Source: Dudresnaya verticillata
Taxonomy: Eukaryota
Assembly (NCBI GenBank): GCA_977862235.1
Contig: OZ374561.1
Span: 1,550,001-1,614,000 of the forward strand
Reading direction: 5' to 3'
DNA: 64,000 nt
The notes under the pieces were generated by a model. That model made no database searches and was not told where the DNA came from. It saw only the letters and a program-made list of their open reading frames with translations. This document shows, piece after piece, positions 58,763 through 64,000 of the stretch (position 1 is the first letter of the stretch; each line of letters opens with the position of its first letter). A program made the position numbers and the translations under genes.

Positions 58763-60784
58763 ATGCCAACCTCGAATGGTGACACTACCCGGCCCGAGGT
58801 GACGAGCCGGGGAGCCAGCCGGACTGGCAGTCTTTCATCTATAAGGACTATTGGAGCTCGCACCCGCGCGGTTTCAACCGCCCTTGTAAGAAATCCGGAG
58901 ACGGATGGACCGGGACGCCCGTCACGCATGACGGACGCCCCGGCTGGAGAAAAAGTACCTGGACCAGGTAGGGACCACGCCCCGGAAGGAGAATATAAGG
59001 TTCGAACGGTGGAGGAAGTCCCCACCAACATTGGGGAGATCGAGGGTTCGAACCCGAGAACGATGCCGCCACCTTTGGCTTTAGCCAGTATACAAGCAGA
59101 GGGCGGACGAGCCCTAGAAGAAGAAATATCGGCACCCACGATCTTGGGATTGCCGACAGGAACGAAGTACAATTCGCCAGGGGCGCGCCGCTTCACGGAG
59201 TGTGAAATAGGACGCCTAGTCGAATTAGGAATCGAGAGGTCATTAACGAAGAGCATCGTGGCGCTCCTGGAAAGCCAAGCCGATGATACCTTTTCAAAGG
59301 TGAAGAGATATTTCGATGAGGCGTCGGCGCGCCGTGACGACCGCCTGTTGGCTAAATGTCAACAAGAGATCGAATCTCGATTCCGGCAGGGTCCTCTTTC
59401 AAGAGGATTAGAAGAAGAAAGGGTCGAAACCCTGCAAGCACAAGTTGATTCACTGGGTGACCAGTTGGACAGCCCATGGAAATCTTCACACGCTTACCAA
59501 GGTTACGGACCTTACTAGAGAAGAAGCCGTAATGGCTATTGAAGACGTTCGTAGAAACGTAGACGACACCCGGTGTGTCGAACAAGATAGAGCTATCGAG
59601 CTCTTAAGACAAGAGCTTGAGGCAGAAAAGCGGAAGGTAATATTGCTGGAAGCAAAGATGCGGCAACTCAGTCGCGAGAGGGATTTAATCCCTGAGGTTG
59701 AGAGACAACGCTCCCCCGTGTCCCGTGGTACAAGGGACCGTCGTAGGACGTTTCCGAGACGTGACTCGGATGGGGAGCCTGGGAATGACGACTTGGGTCG
59801 TAGGAGACCTACGCACAACAGATGCGATTGTCGGAAAACGCACGGTTCCACCGTATGTCGAAATGCAACAAGTTCCCGTCAAGACCGGCTTGCAAGCCGT
59901 CATGATGAAGAGCCATCCCCAAATCGGTCAAACCCAGCGCCGATGCAATCGGATGAGGACGAGCCAACGTCTAAAGGTCTCTCAAGATCTTCTGGGAGCC
60001 CCTGGTGAGGACCGCGTCGAGCCGGAATTAAGGAGTTAACTCCGCGAAATCCGGCGTTCATACAGGTCCTATCGTACCGACGATATCGATTGTTGAACAC
60101 GGACTCATATCGAGGACCAGAAGTGACTGAAGCCACGTCGAACAAAATCAAACGAATTAAATCCGTGATGAGGAGTCGAAGATTCGATGGGCGCGACCCA
60201 GTTGCCATAATTGGCTTCTTAGCCACCTTGAGTCGACAGCTTGATCAAGCTCAAGTGAGCGAAGGCTCTGCCATACTGGTCATACTAGAGTTCCTTGAAA
60301 AGGATGCCAAAGGTATGTTCGAAGCGAACTTTGATGCGGCCGGAGACGATAACGGCGGATTCAACGAATGGCCGGAAGCCATAAACTATCTGCTGCTTCC
60401 CTACGCCAAAGATGTGTACATCGAGAAGATTTCTTCAGAAATGGGCACAATGACTCAAGAGTCAGATGAGGATGAGGTAACGTTTTCAAGACGTCTGCAA
60501 AACAAAGCGCGACAGGTTGCCGGCGTTTACTCCGAACAGGACTTGATAACGCGCTTTATACGCGGATTGCTACCAGCGGTCAAACCACTCCTGATCATGT
60601 CTTCATTAGACCCTCGCTCAGCGCGATTGGCGGACTAACTGGAGCTGGCGACAGAGCAAGGGGATTCGTACCGCGCCCTAGCGGGTGGTGGACGTTCTAA
60701 GAAAGCGAGCTCATCGCTACCTCAGAAAACTCTGGCACGGGTGAAGACACACAAATCAGGACGCGCACTCCTCATTCGCCAAAA
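58763..60784 (+). pseudogene. gag: gag of E4, disrupted and truncated
   Basis: MPTSNGDTTRP.. matches E2 MPNSNGDTTRP..; FDGRDPVAIIGFL; homology to E2 stops near 60783. Confidence 0.9.
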
Positions 60785-61040
60785 AACACAGATTTCCGGG
60801 TTTTCAGAATCTGTGTTCCGAATCAGACTGAAAAAAAGGTTCGTAGAATGGCGATTTTGTTATGTTGCTGGACTGGGGAGACGGAGCGGAGAAGAATAGT
60901 GTAATCTGTTTTGCGATATCACGCGCGGTTGCGGAGTTACAGCATGCCGCATATACGGGTAAACGGCCCCGAAACTTTTGTGAAAGTTTCGAAAGTTTCG
61001 GAATTTCCGAGTTCAAATTTACCCAGAAATTGCACTGCCG
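60785..61040 (+). mobile_element. Probable left terminus of a second, related TIR DNA transposon
   Basis: AACACAGATTTCCGGGTTTTCAGAAT resembles the TIR end AACACTAATTTCGGCGGCTACAGAAT; shared CGGAGTTA..GCATAT, GAAAGTT and CCAGAAATTG blocks. Confidence 0.55.
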
Positions 61041-61267
61041 CCTGCTGCCCTCCCCGGCGCGCCTGGCAGCGCACCGACGCTCGTGCTTCAGCACGCTTGG
61101 CCCCGCTCGCCGCATCCCCGGCCCGCCATGAGCTGTGATCAAGGACACAGTGCCGCCCCGCACGACTGGTACTGCCTGACTGCCAGGGTAAATCTGGGGG
61201 AAAACCAGTCGTGCGCGGCGCTCACGCACTCACGTGCTGGTACCAGTACCACCCCTGCCCATGCCCA

Positions 61268-63000
61268 TCATTCCACTCCAAGGTCCACTGCGGCGCGCTC
61301 CTCGCACAGCACCTCCTCCCCGCATGGCATATCGCATCGCGTATCAACCCCAACACGCCCCGCCGCTGCCAACATCCCCACCCCGCCGCGCACCTCGCGC
61401 ACGAACTCTACTGCGCATGGCACATCAAAGTGCGTGAAGTATACGATCGTCGACATGCCCCGCTCCTTCTCAGACGCCGTCGGCTTGGCAGAAATGGACT
61501 CGCTTGGTGGCGGTGCTGTCGTGCTTGTCAACGCCAAGGACGATGCTGTCGGCTGAGCCGGACTAGCTGCACTGTCGGACACGCTTGGTGATGCTACTTA
61601 TGGGGCAGGTGACATTGAGAAATGCTCTGTTGGCTAGGCGGAAATTGCATCGCTCGGTGATGCCGAGTCAGATGCCTCGCTAGAACTTGATATGCTCGTA
61701 GATGGGCTTCGAGATACTCCTGCCGCCCTCGCTGTGGTTGAAGAAGCTGTTGTTAACTGGCCTGCGCTCGAAATGCCTGCAGTCACACCTGACCCGGATA
61801 CCAATGCGCATGGTGATGCCAAAGAGGATTCTGTAGGCAATGCAGAACTTGAAGCGGTCACAATGGCACTTGTCTGCGCTGTTGCTTCTCTCGTTGACGC
61901 GAAGGACGCTGATGTTGGAAGGGGAGCTGAACCTTTCCTGACGCACTTACGGACGCTGCCCGCCTCGCTTGGTGACGCTTTGAAAGACGGTGGGGGCTGC
62001 ACAGAACCTGAAGTGCTCGCAGACACATCTAGTGACGCTGCCACCGCGCTAGCCAATTCCGAGAAGGATTTTGTAGGCAGAACATAACTCGAGCTAGTTT
62101 CTAGTAGCGACGTCCATGGGGTCGGCCGGCGCTTGCTGCGACGCTCGTTAACACCGATTTTGTCAATACTCACTAGCTTGCTCCGGGCTTTATGACATAC
62201 TTGCCAAAGCAGATTCCGAAGCGTTCGGAGTTGTGCACCAAGATGCGGAAGGGGTCTAGAATAGTCTGAAGGCGAGAGTGATGCAAGTGTGCTGACTGAC
62301 GCTACTGCGCTCGGCAAGCTTCATAATTGTGACCCCCTTGGTGCTAGCACCAGCTGGTGAGACGCTTTGCCGGGCTTGCTACCGAAACTGTTGGGGAAGC
62401 CGAAAGCAGCTGATAGAGGTTCTTTGGACTGCACTTGAGCTTGGTGATCCACTTGGAGTCACGCTTTGCGAACCAACTATCGAGATTGTGGGGAATGCAG
62501 AGATCGACTGGGGGGTGCTTGGCTTTACAATAAAAGCTGACGCTAACACTCTCGGGAAAGTGGTGGATTGTACCGGGCTTTGAGATACACTCATTGAAAC
62601 GGCTGAAGTGGACGGTGTACCCAAGTAGGTCTCATTCGGGGACGGTATTTTGCTAGAAGACTCTGGTGGTGAAGCTAACACTAACACACTGCCCAGTGGC
62701 GATATGGTCGGCGATGCGCTCGGTGGCTCACTCGCCGATGTAGATTTCGAGGCGTCGGGAAACTCCGACTCGAGTTGAGTTGAGCTTTTGCTGCGGCATT
62801 ACCGAGGCTCTCACTCCCGGACTTGGAGAGCTTGCCACCTGCGCAGAGCTTTTATGCGCGCTAGCCATCGCAGACACAGATTGAGAAGGGTCAGTCGACC
62901 AGGTGCTACTCGCAGACGGAGTTGCGATAAAGGATTCAGTTATTGTTAGTGCTTACGGCCCCCTGGTAGATGAAATCTCAACTCCGTCATGGTAATGGGC
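61268..63000 (-). pseudogene. Degenerate Ser/Pro/Thr-rich (SPS-repeat) coding-like sequence
   Basis: Several collinear minus-strand ORF pieces rich in SPSASP-like repeats, broken by stops. Confidence 0.35.
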
Positions 63001-64000
63001 TTAGTGAGGCGCGTGGGAATTAGACGAAGAGGGGGTGGCAGTGATCATTTCGGGGATTGCCACATTGGCAGTCCGTCCCGTCGCGGATAGAATCGCGACT
63101 GAAGACAAGCGGGAAGGTCGTTCATTAAAGAGTTCATCAGTCTCAGTAAATTTACTCAACCCCGTTTTCTACTCTATCTATTCACTGCTATCATTTGACA
63201 TTCTCACTACACTATTAACTCCTCTTCATCTTCGCTGCTTAAGGGGTTCGTGCAGCTCCACAGCTCCGCGCACACCGAGCGCACAGCTCTGGCGACAGCC
63301 GTCCTAACCTCCGTCGCTTCCCGCCTCAAGTGGCGGTAGCAGTGCATGAGGAATTCGAATTCCTCCATGTACTCGCGAGCCTCCCTTAAACAGTCCTTCA
63401 CGATGTCGCGCTGGGCGCGCACATCGATGCGAAGTAGTACCACTTGTTCATATGCTTGTCGGATTGAGTTGCTGGTCATGGTAGGTGTTGGCTGTGCAGG
63501 GGGACGCAGGTCGACTTCCATCTTTAATTATGTGGACTGTGGACTGTCGCAAACACAGCCGGTCACCTGGTGGAGTTGGAACAAGTATCTCAGCAGGGGT
63601 TGGGCGCGTCAAGTCAAGAGATAAATGTCGACAGTAATGGAAATCCTTTACTGCTCATCTGCATGGAAACGTCCAAGTCCTGTTATTCGCTGTGAACTTC
63701 ACAAAAGGCAATGTATCATTGAACCAATGCCTCGCTCTGTGCACCTGGTACCATACGTTGCATTTGTTGGACCTCGTCTCGAAGTATTTTGGAATACTCG
63801 TATGTCACGCGGATGTCGTTACAGTTTATTTCTGGGGATGAAGATACCTGTTGCTGGGTAAAAGTTGGACAATGCGGTGCCAGCGGTTTTCTTGCAGCCT
63901 TTAATATCTGGGAAGAGGAAAAGAACCCCTGAGCTCTCAAAGCAAGGAAACGACAGACTACCCAATCGTTACTACCTTTTTTCTTTGTGGTAGTAGTAGT

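Larger units (their letters stand above)
44548..60784 (+). mobile_element. Gypsy element E4 (same family as E2): LTR split by E3 (44548..44680 + 57986..58360), PBS, truncated gag
   Basis: TGTAGT start at 44548, ACTACA end at 58360, PBS at 58362; gag closely similar to E2 gag. Confidence 0.8.

Overview
Eukaryotic, entirely transposon-derived window; element style suggests a red alga (inference only). No intact cellular gene is visible. It is a nested stack of four Ty3/Gypsy LTR retrotransposons: E1 (1..12146, -), E2 (host element, 12147..44547, -), E3 (44681..57980, +, complete, TSD CATCT) and E4 (44548..60784, +, truncated). E1-E3 end in a chromodomain; all four share one tRNA primer site. 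A family-1 solo LTR (TSD GTCGG) is split by a ~19.35-kb DNA transposon with ~0.9-kb TIRs (12654..32006). This TIR element is the most novel part. It encodes a degraded DDD (Sola/DUF7869-like) transposase and, divergently, an open 995-aa ParB-like + beta-class DPPY amino-methyltransferase ORF. The two proteins share a homologous ~100-aa domain, and captured host fragments (UTP20-like, GNAT) lie between them. Also notable: E1, E2 and E3 each carry a homologous antisense ORF of unknown function after pol, and E3 is saturated with YGGCCR motifs. All calls and counts are by eye from motifs and manual alignment; no database search was run.
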